Source: Candidatus Latescibacterota bacterium (GTDB lineage Bacteria > Latescibacterota > UBA2968 > UBA8231). From it: a stretch of DNA of 64,000 nucleotides. The stretch is from contig CBDCXV010000001.1 in assembly GCA_965223905.1 (NCBI GenBank), positions 192,001 through 256,000 of the forward strand, given 5' to 3'. A program made the position numbers and the translations under genes. How positions within the stretch are numbered: position 1 is the stretch's first letter; every line of letters starts with the position of its first letter. Positions 29,581 through 39,555 of this stretch are shown one piece after another. The notes under the pieces are model-generated. The model saw only the letters and a list, made by a program, of their open reading frames with translations, was not told the origin of the DNA and made no database searches.

Positions 29581-30920
29581 GACCTCCTCAACGCACACAC
29601 CTGCCCGCATGCCCTCGGCAGGCAGGAGTGGCGACGGCCATTTTCGTTTCCGCGGCTTGCTGGATGATCGCGGTCCGTGCTCTTTTGCCCTCCGCCGCGG
29701 TTGCGGCTGCCGATTCCAACAATGCGCACCCTGCTGTTGTTCCAGACTCGACGAAATCGATAACCGGCAAACTGGAAGCGGTTCGGTGGATGGCAAAGAG
29801 GCGCCAGTTCACCCTTGGGGGCGTCGACTACGGGTTCACCGGGCTCCCTATTCTGTATTTCAGTCCATCCAACGGATGGAATTACGGAACACGATTGCAG
29901 CTAGCCGACTACAGTCGCAGACCCTACCGCTTCAAGCTGACGTTCTTCTCCCAGAATTCCACTGCTGGGCGCATCCACTATTTCCTCAAGCTCAGGGTGC
30001 CCCGCATCTCCGGCACCGGTTTCGGGGTACGCCTGCTGGCCAGTGTCAAGCGGGATATCCGGGTGCGCTATTACGGGCTGGGAAACGACAGCGAATACAA
30101 CAAGGGCTTCGTCGACAGGGAGCACTCGGAGTTTATCGACGAAGACTATTACCACTATATACTCCACTCTCCCCGGCTGCTGATGAGCCTCCTGAGGGAG
30201 ATCTACGGTCCCATGCTCCTCTCGGTCGGCTTCGGACTGGAACGCACCGACGTCGACCGGCGCGGGGACACCGCCTTCTACGTCGTCAACGACCCCCCGG
30301 ACGGCGTCAAGGACGGAATTACCGGGTTCGCAAGTATCACTGTGCGTTGGGACACCCGCGATGACCCGGTCATCCCCAGAACGGGGACCTTTCACGAGTG
30401 GTCGTACGAATCGTCGCGCAACTCGTTGTTGGGTCTGCTGTTCGAGCGCATCGACTTCCAGCGTTTGACGTTCACCGACAGCCGCTACTTGCCGCTGTCG
30501 ACACGTCTCAATCTCGCCCACCGCACCGTTCTCGATGTCCTGAAGGGCACGGTGCCACTATATGCCTATGGAGAGATCGGAGGCAGCCGCCGCATGAAGG
30601 GACTCGGAGGCTCGGACTCCCTGCGCGGCTTCGACCGGCAACGTTTCACAGACAACGTCCGCCTTATCACGAATACCGAACTCCGCTTTCACGTGCGTTC
30701 GGACCGCCTTTTCAAGCAATACATCGAGTGGCACACCGTGCTGTTCATCGATTCGGGCCAGGCGCAGCCAGGACTCAAGAGACTGGATGCCTTCGAATTG
30801 CACTGGACCGCAGGGGTCGCACAGCGGCTCTACTGGAACTCTGATTTCGTGATCCGCCTGGAAATCGGTTTCTCCAAGGAGCAGACCTACACCGGTCTCA
30901 AATACCGCAACATATTCTGA
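29577..30920 (+). CDS. Omp85/BamA-TamA-family surface-antigen barrel protein
   Basis: WDTRDD, LRGFDRQRF (Omp85 VRGY/F-like motif), terminal Phe; no POTRA repeats evident. Confidence 0.75.
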   Translation: MRPPQRTHLPACPRQAGVATAIFVSAACWMIAVRALLPSAAVAAADSNNAHPAVVPDSTKSITGKLEAVRWMAKRRQFTLGGVDYGFTGLPILYFSPSNGWNYGTRLQLADYSRRPYRFKLTFFSQNSTAGRIHYFLKLRVPRISGTGFGVRLLASVKRDIRVRYYGLGNDSEYNKGFVDREHSEFIDEDYYHYILHSPRLLMSLLREIYGPMLLSVGFGLERTDVDRRGDTAFYVVNDPPDGVKDGITGFASITVRWDTRDDPVIPRTGTFHEWSYESSRNSLLGLLFERIDFQRLTFTDSRYLPLSTRLNLAHRTVLDVLKGTVPLYAYGEIGGSRRMKGLGGSDSLRGFDRQRFTDNVRLITNTELRFHVRSDRLFKQYIEWHTVLFIDSGQAQPGLKRLDAFELHWTAGVAQRLYWNSDFVIRLEIGFSKEQTYTGLKYRNIF

Positions 30921-30998
30921 TCGCCTGCCGCCGGATATTCCCCGAAATGCGGAAGAAGGGGAACTCCAACAAAAACTGGCTGCAGTAGTGAATCAGGC

Positions 30999-31040
30999 CT
31001 AGTGTCCTGTCCCGGAAATAGATTGCCAGAATTCGGCCGC
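30999..31040 (+). repeat. Solitary IS630-type terminal repeat / MITE remnant
   Basis: CTAGTGTCCTGTCCCGGAAATA matches the IS630 left end at 19/22, and is followed by GAATTCGGCCGC, also present in the other degenerate copies. Confidence 0.65.
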
Positions 31041-31089
31041 CGAGGCACGCGGGTCGCAGGCACCTAAGCGAGTGCCGAGGGAAGGTCGT

Positions 31090-31956
31090 TCAGCCTGCAA
31101 CGGCGGCTGCAGACTCTGGAGCCAGCAGGCCCATCAGCCGAGACAGAGTGGGGGCCAGTTCATCCCGGCGCACCACGCGATCGATGAAACCATGCCGCAG
31201 CACGTTCTCCGCTATCTGAAACCCATCCGGAAGCTCGTCGACTCCGAGGAACTGCTTGATGACGGAGGGTCCGGCGAATCCGACGCGGGCCCCCGGCTCG
31301 GCGAGGATGACGTCCCCGAGCATTGCAAAGCTGGCCGTCACTCCCCCGTACGTCGGATCTGCCAATACCGATACATAGAGCAGGCCGGAATCGGAAAAGC
31401 GCCGCAGCCGGGCGCTTATCTTGGCCATCTGCATCAGCGAAAAAGTGCTTTCCTGCATCCGGGCTCCGCCCGACTGACAGACGATGATCAGTGTGCGCCG
31501 GTCGGCGATGGCGCGATCTATCAAGCGCGCGATTTTCTCTCCCGTTGCCCCTCCCATGCTTCCGAGGATGTAGCGGGTATCCATGATACCGAGGGCGACG
31601 AGGTGACTGTCGAGCAAGCCGGCGCCTGTCCAAACCGCTTCGTTGAGTTTGCTGGCCTTGCGTCCGTCGCGGATTCGGTCGGTGTAACGGCGATGGTCGC
31701 GAAAGCGCAGGGGATCGGCGGTTGCGATGCCGGCGTTCAACTCCTCGACCGTCCCAGGGTCGAACAGCAGGTCGACGTATTTGTCGAAGCCGATGTGAAA
31801 GTGGTTTTCGCAGCGTGGGCAGACCCAGCCATTGCGCTGGAGGGCATTGTGATACGTGGCCTCGCCGCATTGATCGCACTTCGACCAGATACCCTCAGGG
31901 CTCTCGCGACGGATGCGGGTCAGAATCCCGCTTTTCATTTTTTCGAACCAGCTCAC
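31090..31956 (-). CDS. accD: Acetyl-CoA carboxylase carboxyltransferase beta subunit
   Basis: Zn finger KCDQC...CPRC, GSMG, SGGARMQE, PTYGGVTASFAMLGD. Confidence 0.96.
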   Translation of the reverse strand: MSWFEKMKSGILTRIRRESPEGIWSKCDQCGEATYHNALQRNGWVCPRCENHFHIGFDKYVDLLFDPGTVEELNAGIATADPLRFRDHRRYTDRIRDGRKASKLNEAVWTGAGLLDSHLVALGIMDTRYILGSMGGATGEKIARLIDRAIADRRTLIIVCQSGGARMQESTFSLMQMAKISARLRRFSDSGLLYVSVLADPTYGGVTASFAMLGDVILAEPGARVGFAGPSVIKQFLGVDELPDGFQIAENVLRHGFIDRVVRRDELAPTLSRLMGLLAPESAAAVAG

Positions 31957-31986
31957 TTTTTCTCCATGCGGCGCAGCGAATTCCGC

Positions 31987-32358
31987 CTACACCAATCCCC
32001 GGCGCCGCAGGCCGAACAGCGCCACTCCGGCTGTGATCAGAAGGCCGACCGACAGGATGGTTGCCGAATCCCATTGCCGCCGCCTAGTGCCTCGCTCCGG
32101 GACGGGATCAGACCCGCCTTCGACGCCAACGCGTTCCCACAAATGCTCTGGGACTTCCCGGGAAGGCACCTCTTCGGGGATCACGGCGCGGTCGACCACG
32201 CCTTTGACGCGGCGAAACAGGTCGAGCAACTCCCGCGCCTGTGGTTCGAAGACAATCCGTTCTCCGATTTCGGCCAGCTCCTCGCTGTCGAGCTCACAAT
32301 CGATGTATTTCGACAGCGGTTTTTCCAGTTTCTCCTTGCTCCACGGCAGTATCGACAT
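31987..32358 (-). CDS. Putative anti-sigma factor with one C-terminal TM helix
   Basis: LSKYIDCEL resembles the anti-sigma N-terminal motif; follows the ECF gene; hydrophobic tail then RRR. Confidence 0.65.
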   Translation of the reverse strand: MSILPWSKEKLEKPLSKYIDCELDSEELAEIGERIVFEPQARELLDLFRRVKGVVDRAVIPEEVPSREVPEHLWERVGVEGGSDPVPERGTRRRQWDSATILSVGLLITAGVALFGLRRRGLV

Positions 32359-32387
32359 ACGTTGCCTCTCGATCCCGGTGGGCGCGC

Positions 32388-33038
32388 TCAGACGAGCCCG
32401 TGCCGGCGCAGTTTCGGCAGCAGCCTGCGGCGCGCGCTGTAAATTCGGGAACTGACGGTTCCGATCGGGACCCCCAGCACGCGGGCAATCTCTTCGTACG
32501 ACAGTTCTTCCATGCTGTTGAGCATCAGGGCTTCGCGAAGTCCCTCGGGCAGTTCGTCCACCAACCTGAGCACCACGCGCCGGGTTTCGGCAGAAATACA
32601 CTCCGCTTCCGGATTGGCGGAGAATGCTCGAGGATCCGGGGGGTTGAACAAATCGTCGTTTCCGTGGTGCAATCCCAGCCGGTACCAGTTGCTGCGCGAG
32701 CGGTCGCGGCGACGATTGAGGCTGAGGCGCAGGACGATGCGCAGAATCCAGGTTTTCAGCGAGGAATTGCCGCGAAAGCTGACCAGCGCCGCGTGAATCT
32801 TCACGAATGCGTCCTGAACGACTTCCTCGGCGTCTTCAGGATCCAGCAGCACCCGGTAGGCCAACCCGTACGCCAGGGAGTGAAATTCCCTGACAAGTTC
32901 GGCGAAGGCCGAGCCGTCTCCGGCCACTATGCGGCCAATGCGCTCCTCTTCGCCCGCGCCGACTTCGGGTCTCGCGTTTTCGACGAGCTTCAACTCTGCT
33001 CTTCTGCTGGGCGAAGATCTGTCTGCAGGTGACCCCAT
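32388..33038 (-). CDS. ECF (RpoE-type) RNA polymerase sigma factor
   Basis: DAEEVVQDAF, FRGNSSLKTWILRI, LSYEEIARVLGVPIGTVSSRIYSAR. Start uncertain (33038 or 33107). Confidence 0.92.
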   Translation of the reverse strand: MGSPADRSSPSRRAELKLVENARPEVGAGEEERIGRIVAGDGSAFAELVREFHSLAYGLAYRVLLDPEDAEEVVQDAFVKIHAALVSFRGNSSLKTWILRIVLRLSLNRRRDRSRSNWYRLGLHHGNDDLFNPPDPRAFSANPEAECISAETRRVVLRLVDELPEGLREALMLNSMEELSYEEIARVLGVPIGTVSSRIYSARRRLLPKLRRHGLV

Positions 33039-33136
33039 GATAGATACCCCAATCGACACCGATGCCTGTATGCCTGTTCGGCGAAAGCGAGCCCCGACGA
33101 CAGGCATATTGACATAGCTATTTGTAAAATAAGAAG

Positions 33137-36100
33137 ATGGATCTTCTCATCGGGCGTTGTCAATTGCTCGCTAAGGCAACCATTGTTTCCCTGTTTGCCG
33201 GTTGCGGGGCAGTATCGGCGGTAATGCCGGACGAGGGTCTGGAAGCGAGGCTGAAGGACCGAATCGAGCGGCTGGCGGCCATGGGCTCGAGGGTTACCGG
33301 ATATCCCGGCGCCTCCGCAGCCCCGAGATACCTGACGGACTACCTGAAAAACCTGGGTGTGCCCGAAATCCACCAGCGGCGGTTTCACACTCCCGTCCCC
33401 CTCGACCATGGGGCCGTCCTGCGCCTCGCAGTGGGACCGGATACGAGCGCGTACGAGCTCCTCCACATGTTGCCCAACCTGGTACGCACTTCCACCGTCC
33501 CCTTTCCCGGAATCACCGGTCTCCTGTTCTACGCCGGAAGCGGTGAACCTTTCGAGATGGAGGGTTCCCGAATCAAGGGAGCCGTCGCCGTCTTCGAATA
33601 CGACTGCGGCCGTCGCTGGGTTCGCGCCTTCGACCTCGGCGCGGAAGCCGTCATCTTCCTGGCGCCCTCCGACCCTGGAGGCAGCCATCGTTGGGAAAGC
33701 TCGCAGAAGTATCTGACGACGCCGGCCGACTTGCCGCGATTCTACGCCCCGGCACCCGCGAGCATGGCACTGCGGGCCGTGCTGTCCGACACCTCGCGGC
33801 AGGTGCCCGGACACCGTGCGGTCATCTCCGGAAGCATGGTCTGGCACAACGTGACCGGCCAAACCGTCGTCGCCGTGATTCCGGGCACTGACCCCACCCT
33901 TGCCCACGAGGCCGTAGTTGTCGGCTCGTACTACGACGCCATCTCCGCAGTGCCGGCCATGGCTCCGGGGGCCGATCAGGCGAGCGGTGTGGCTGCCTGG
34001 ATGGAGCTGGCTGCCGCTCTGGCAGCCAGCCCGCCCCGGCGCACCGCCGTTCTCGTGGCGACGGCAGGGCACTTTCAAGCGCTGGCAGGAATGCGCGATT
34101 TCATCGCTTTCCTGCGCTCCTTCGACACGGCGGGGAAAGGAAGCGTCGAGAGTCCCCAAGCTCCCTCACTGGATCAGCCGTTGAGAGCCCTTCTCTCCGA
34201 TCTGGAGATCGAATGCTACATCGGCCTCGACCTTAGTTCCCGCAGCCGGCAGCTGGCACTCTTACAGGGCGGCCCACCGTACCGAGTGCGCCGAATCCCA
34301 CCTTCGATTTTCGACCCGATCACCTCGTTTACCGAGACGTACGAGGAGCGCCACCTTCGGGGTGAGATGATTCTCGGCGGGGCGTTGAAGCCCCTGCGCC
34401 GGCGCCGGCTCATCGGTGCCCTGCCGGAGCGGATTCCGGTCTCCGGGTCGGTGGCTGCGCTGTCCGGTATGCTGGGGGTGACCCTGGTTTCGGCAGGGGA
34501 CGAACGCTCCCGTTTCGATTCACCGGGCGATCTCCCCGGGGGGTTGGAGTACGCCGACCTCGCGGCACAGACCCGCTTCGTCGTGGCCCTGATCCAACAC
34601 CTTATCGACGCAGATATCGACATGTCCCCCGAGGGCGGGAGCGACTCCTTCGGCAGGCTTGACGGGCGCGTTGTGAGTTGGGGTCCACACAGTTACCAGC
34701 CGGACGAACCGGTCGCTGGAGCTCTCGTTCGCGTGCGCACTTTCGGCAAGGCGACCGTGGGGGTGCGCGCGGATCCGCTGGCGATGACCGGCGACGACGG
34801 GCGCTTCACGGTGACCGGTCTCGAGGCCCGGACGCTCTACCTTAAACCGGCGCATCTCGAGGCCTACGTGGTCGATCCAGCGTCAGGCAAGGTAGTCGCC
34901 GCTCTCGATCGCGGTCCGCTCGGAATCGGCAAATACCCCGCCGAAGTCATCATGGACGATCTCGAGAAGGAGTGCACCCTGGTGACTTTCCCTTGCGCCG
35001 GGGTGACCCTTTTCGACCTCGTGGACCCCCGCCGGCTGGCGGTTCTCGACCAGGTCCGGATCCTGGAGTCTGGAAAAGAGGCGGAACCCACGAGCTTCGG
35101 CTACTGCCTCCCACCCACAGCCGCTCAGGTCGAGCGCAACGCCTACCACCACCTCATCGGACCCGACACCGAAAGCACAGCGGTGCTGTTCGTTCCTCCC
35201 GGCACGGACTTCAAGGTGATTCTTGCCGGTGGCCGCTTCGGCCTCGGCCGCCGCGGCCTGCTTCTCAACAGCCGCCCGAATGCCGCCACCGGTTCCGGGT
35301 ATCCGGCGAGCGCTTCCCGAGTGCCGGCGACGGCATTGCACCTCGCCCGCGACACCCACCGGCTCAACCGCGATCGCCTGCAGCAACTGGAATCGCACGG
35401 AATCAGCAGCTCGCTTCTGACGGACTTGAACGGCGCCGCGGAAGCAGCTCTGAGAAAAGCAAGCGCCGCCTGCGAAGAGGGCCGCAACAATGCCTGCACG
35501 GGAGGGAGCCGCCGCGCCTGGGCGCTCGCATCGCAGGCATACGGGGCGACGCAGAGTCTGTCTGCCGGCGCCGTCCAGGGTGTCGTGTTCGTTTTGTTTC
35601 TGCTGATTCCCTTCGCGGTCCTGGCGGAACGCCTGTTGCTGGCGAGCCGTGGAATCCGCGGTCAGGTCGTCGGCTCGGTCGCCGTTTTCGCAGTCGCCTT
35701 CACCGCCCTGCGATCTTCTCACCCTTCCTTTAAACTGTCGCTCTACCCCTCGCTGATCCTGCTCGGATTCGCCATCCTGTCCCTGAGCCTGACGGTGATC
35801 GGTCTGGGGATAGCGCGCCTCAACGCGCAGCTGCGGGCGGCCGAATCCTCCGCATCCATCCTCCACCGCGCCGGCACCGCGAGGGGGGGGGTTCTCTGGC
35901 GTGCCTTCGCGCTGGGTGTCGCACAGATGCGCCGACGTCCCTGGAGAACGGCGCTCACCGCGGCGACACTCGTGCTGTTGACCTGCACCCTGACCTCGTT
36001 CACATCGGTACGGGCCGGTCATCGTTCCAACCGCACCCCGATCTCCGGCCACCTCCCGGACCGTGCCAGCCTCCCTGCCCTTGTAGTGCGCATGCCCGAG

Positions 36101-37570
36101 TTCGCCGCCATCGAGGCCCCCGTGATCGACCACCTCGCGTTGCGTTTTGCCAGTGGTACGATCGTGCCGCGCAGGTGGTACCTGAAGCCGGTGCAAGTGC
36201 GGAGCCGTACCGGCAACAGCCGTATCGAGGCGGTTGCAGGGGTTTCGGCTTTCGAAAACCGCGTCAACCCGATCGACGACGCCCTGCTTGCAGGGCGATG
36301 GATGGACCCCGGTGAACTCGCCTGTGTGCTGCCGGCGAACCAAGCGGACCTTCTCGGCGTGCAAGACGACCACCTCGGTACCGCCACCGTCCGCGTCCTC
36401 GGCACTGACTACCCGGTCGTGGGCATTATCGACGCCGAGCGCTTCGACCAGCTACGCGATATCTCCGGCGACCCGTTGACACCCCTCGACTTCGAAGTCC
36501 ACCAGCCGGACGAGAAACGGGTCGGCATCGATCGCGATGGCCTGCAGCCGGCCTTCGTCCACTTGTCCAGCCGACAGATACTCTTCCTCTCCAACGACAC
36601 GGTGGCGCGCTGGGGGGAGTGGTCCCGCGTCGCCTCGATCGCCGTCCTCTTCGAGAATCCGGGGACCGCCCGCCGGGAGATCGACGAAATGGCCCTGACC
36701 TCCGAGCTCAACCTCTTCGCCCGCCTGGACGACGGTACCTTTCGCATCAACACCGTCGGAGTACGCGTCTTCAGCGGCCAGCGCGGTGTTTGGATCCCGC
36801 TGTTGATCGCTGCACTGATCGCCTTCAACACCATGCTGGGAAGCGTGTACGAGCGCCTTTCCGAGATCGGGACTCTGAACGCCATCGGACTCGCCCCAGG
36901 TCACGTGGCCGGGCTCTTCCTCGCCGAAGCCGGCGCCTTCTGCCTGCTGAGCGCGGTGCTGGGATCTCTCCTCGGATTCGGAATCGCCCAGGCCGGCACC
37001 TTCGACCTGCTTCCCGGGCTGACAGTCAACTATTCGTCTCTGTCGGCTGTCGCCACCGTGGCCGCGGTGATGGCCGTGGTCCTCGCCTCGGCGGCCTACC
37101 CTGCGCGCATGGCCTCGCGGATCTGCACGCCGGGGATCGAGCGCAGCTGGACCTTGCCGCCACCGCGGGGAGACCTCCTGACGCTGTCGCTGCCCTTCTC
37201 CCTGAACCGGAAAGAGGCCCACGGCTTCGCGCGGTTCCTGCGCGAATACCTCGGGGCTTTCGACGATCAATCGATCGGGGCGGTGTTCTACGCCGAAGCC
37301 ATCGCGGAGAAGTCAGCGGGAGAAATCGACGCCCGGGTCTGGTTGGCTCCTTTCGACCAGGGAGTTTCCCAGACGGTTCGGCTGATTCCCATGCCCGATG
37401 TCGACCAGCGGTTCTTCACGTTCAGAGCAGCCATACAGCGGCTTTCCGGAAACGAGTCCACTTGGTGGCGGGCAAACCGGATTTTCGTCGACTCGCTTCG
37501 CAAGCAGTTTCTCATCTGGCGCAACCTCGCAGCTGAGCACCGGGCCGCCTACCTGGAGACAGGGCCATGA
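33137..37570 (+). CDS. M28-peptidase-like / prealbumin-like / MacB-FtsX permease fusion protein
   Basis: VVVGSYYDA...PGADQASG (M28 fold, metal ligands altered); PVAGALVRV..TGDDGRFTV; TM bundle; RRRPWRTALT; SVYERLSEIGTLNAIG...LFLAEA (FtsX). Confidence 0.8.
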   Translation: MDLLIGRCQLLAKATIVSLFAGCGAVSAVMPDEGLEARLKDRIERLAAMGSRVTGYPGASAAPRYLTDYLKNLGVPEIHQRRFHTPVPLDHGAVLRLAVGPDTSAYELLHMLPNLVRTSTVPFPGITGLLFYAGSGEPFEMEGSRIKGAVAVFEYDCGRRWVRAFDLGAEAVIFLAPSDPGGSHRWESSQKYLTTPADLPRFYAPAPASMALRAVLSDTSRQVPGHRAVISGSMVWHNVTGQTVVAVIPGTDPTLAHEAVVVGSYYDAISAVPAMAPGADQASGVAAWMELAAALAASPPRRTAVLVATAGHFQALAGMRDFIAFLRSFDTAGKGSVESPQAPSLDQPLRALLSDLEIECYIGLDLSSRSRQLALLQGGPPYRVRRIPPSIFDPITSFTETYEERHLRGEMILGGALKPLRRRRLIGALPERIPVSGSVAALSGMLGVTLVSAGDERSRFDSPGDLPGGLEYADLAAQTRFVVALIQHLIDADIDMSPEGGSDSFGRLDGRVVSWGPHSYQPDEPVAGALVRVRTFGKATVGVRADPLAMTGDDGRFTVTGLEARTLYLKPAHLEAYVVDPASGKVVAALDRGPLGIGKYPAEVIMDDLEKECTLVTFPCAGVTLFDLVDPRRLAVLDQVRILESGKEAEPTSFGYCLPPTAAQVERNAYHHLIGPDTESTAVLFVPPGTDFKVILAGGRFGLGRRGLLLNSRPNAATGSGYPASASRVPATALHLARDTHRLNRDRLQQLESHGISSSLLTDLNGAAEAALRKASAACEEGRNNACTGGSRRAWALASQAYGATQSLSAGAVQGVVFVLFLLIPFAVLAERLLLASRGIRGQVVGSVAVFAVAFTALRSSHPSFKLSLYPSLILLGFAILSLSLTVIGLGIARLNAQLRAAESSASILHRAGTARGGVLWRAFALGVAQMRRRPWRTALTAATLVLLTCTLTSFTSVRAGHRSNRTPISGHLPDRASLPALVVRMPEFAAIEAPVIDHLALRFASGTIVPRRWYLKPVQVRSRTGNSRIEAVAGVSAFENRVNPIDDALLAGRWMDPGELACVLPANQADLLGVQDDHLGTATVRVLGTDYPVVGIIDAERFDQLRDISGDPLTPLDFEVHQPDEKRVGIDRDGLQPAFVHLSSRQILFLSNDTVARWGEWSRVASIAVLFENPGTARREIDEMALTSELNLFARLDDGTFRINTVGVRVFSGQRGVWIPLLIAALIAFNTMLGSVYERLSEIGTLNAIGLAPGHVAGLFLAEAGAFCLLSAVLGSLLGFGIAQAGTFDLLPGLTVNYSSLSAVATVAAVMAVVLASAAYPARMASRICTPGIERSWTLPPPRGDLLTLSLPFSLNRKEAHGFARFLREYLGAFDDQSIGAVFYAEAIAEKSAGEIDARVWLAPFDQGVSQTVRLIPMPDVDQRFFTFRAAIQRLSGNESTWWRANRIFVDSLRKQFLIWRNLAAEHRAAYLETGP

Positions 37571-39548
37571 GCACCACGAACCCTGCCGCCAACCGCGGGG
37601 AGGTGCAGGCAGAGTATCGCGATCTGCTGGCCACTCCACGGGAGTTCGCGGACGGCTTCACGGGGCGCACGGTACTTGGGGCATTCTTCATTGGCTTCCT
37701 GATGATGCCCGGAGCGATTTACATGGGCCTGATCGCTGGTTCGAGTCTCGGGCCGGCGGCGGAGTGGGTTACCATAATCCTGTTCGCCGAGGTGGCGCGG
37801 CGCTCATTCGCCCCTCTCGGCCGCCAGGAGATCTACGTCCTGTACTACATCGCCGGCGGACTGACGCACGTCATCGGCGGTGTCATGCTGGCCGGGGGAC
37901 CCTTCGCCAGCCTGATCTGGCATCAGTACCTCGTCCAGTCCCAGGTCGGGCAGGCACTCGTCATAGCCGAGCAGATCCCGGCCTGGGTTTCCCCTCCGGC
38001 CGATTCCCCCGCCATTGTCGAACGTGATTTCCTGCACCGGGACTGGCTCCTCCCCGCGATGCTCCTGGTAGCCGGGCAGGTGCTGGCACGCGCCGAGTGG
38101 TTCGGCCTCGGCTACCTGCTCTTCCGCGTCACCTCGGACGCCGAGCGCATGCCGTTCCCACTGGCGGCGGTTGCGGCGCAGGGGGCCACCGCCCTGGCCG
38201 AAAGCGATCAGGCGCATGCGAGCTGGCGCTGGCGCCTGTTCTGTATCGGCATGGGAATAGGGATCCTGTTTGGAACGGTGTTCATCGGGCTGCCGGCCCT
38301 GTCCGGTCTCGTCGCCGCGCGTCCCCTCGAGCTCCTGCCCATACCGTGGATCGACTTCACCCGCGACTTCGAGAACCAGCTCCCCGCGGCCACCCTAGGA
38401 ATCGGCACCGACCTCGGGCTTGTCCTCGCCGGATTCGTCCTGCCCTTCTGGGTTGTCGCCGGGTCGTTCGCCGCAGTTGCTTTTCAGACGGCTGCCAACC
38501 CGATCCTGCAGCAGGCGGGTCTGCTCGAGCGCTGGCAACCCGGGATGGATGCGATTGCGACACACTTCTCCAACGACCTAGACATCTGGCTGAGTGTATA
38601 TATCGGCACCGGCGCCGCGGTGGCCGCCGCTGGAATCGCCCAGGCGGCAACCTCCTTCCGCCGCAATGGCAAAGGAAAGGGTGCCCCCCCGCCACCAAGC
38701 CGAGGGGACTTTCCCCTGTGGGCTGCGGCGATGGCATACCTGCTGGCAGCTGCCGGGTACGTCCTCCTGTGCCGGCAGCTGCTTGCCGATGATCGCTTTC
38801 CCCTGCTATTCCTGCTCGCCTTTGCGTTCCTGCTGACCCCCCTGATCTCCTACGTCAATGCCCGCATGATCGGCCTGACCGGACAGACCGCCGGGATCCC
38901 CCTGGTGCGCGAGGGGGCCTTCCTGCTCAGCGGCTATCGCGGTGTCGACATCTGGTTCGCGCCCATTCCCTTCAGCGATCACGGACGACGCGCCCAGCTG
39001 TTCCGCGAGGTGGAACTGACGGGGACCCGTTTCACCAGCATCCTCAAGGCGGAACTGCTGATTCTGCCTGTGGCGCTAGGGTGCGGCTTTCTTTTCTGGG
39101 CTCTGATCTGGAAACTGCAGCCGATTCCGTCGCTGGCCTTTCCGTTTGCCCAGAAGTACTGGCACCTGTTCGCCATGCGGCAGTTTTTGTGGTTCTCCTT
39201 TACGACCGAGGGTGGTCTCGATCTGCCGGAGGTCGTGCATTCCGGCTGGGTCGCAGCGCCTTCTCTCTCACCGGCGTCGCGCTCGTCGCCGCCAGCGTGT
39301 GGGGATTCCCGCTGGCCCTGGTTTACGGATTCATCCGCGGTCTGCAGTCAATGCCCCATCTGCTCATACCCGAAATGCTGGGGGCATGCCTCGGCCGCTA
39401 TTACTTCGAGCGCCGCTTCGGACGCAACCGCTGGCGCCGCTGGGCGCCCGTATTGATGGCCGGCTTCGCTTGCGGCAACGGCCTGATCGGCATGGCCGCC
39501 GTCGCCATCGTCCTGATCGCCCGCTCCGTCGCTCAGCTTCCTTACTGA
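37567..39548 (+). CDS. OPT-like polytopic membrane transporter, frameshifted near 39257
   Basis: Many TM segments; GPAAEWVTIILF, DAERMPFPLA. The hydrophobic C-terminus (WAPVLMAGFACG..LIGM) is in frame 39081-39548. Confidence 0.7.
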
Positions 39549-39555
39549 GAACTCG

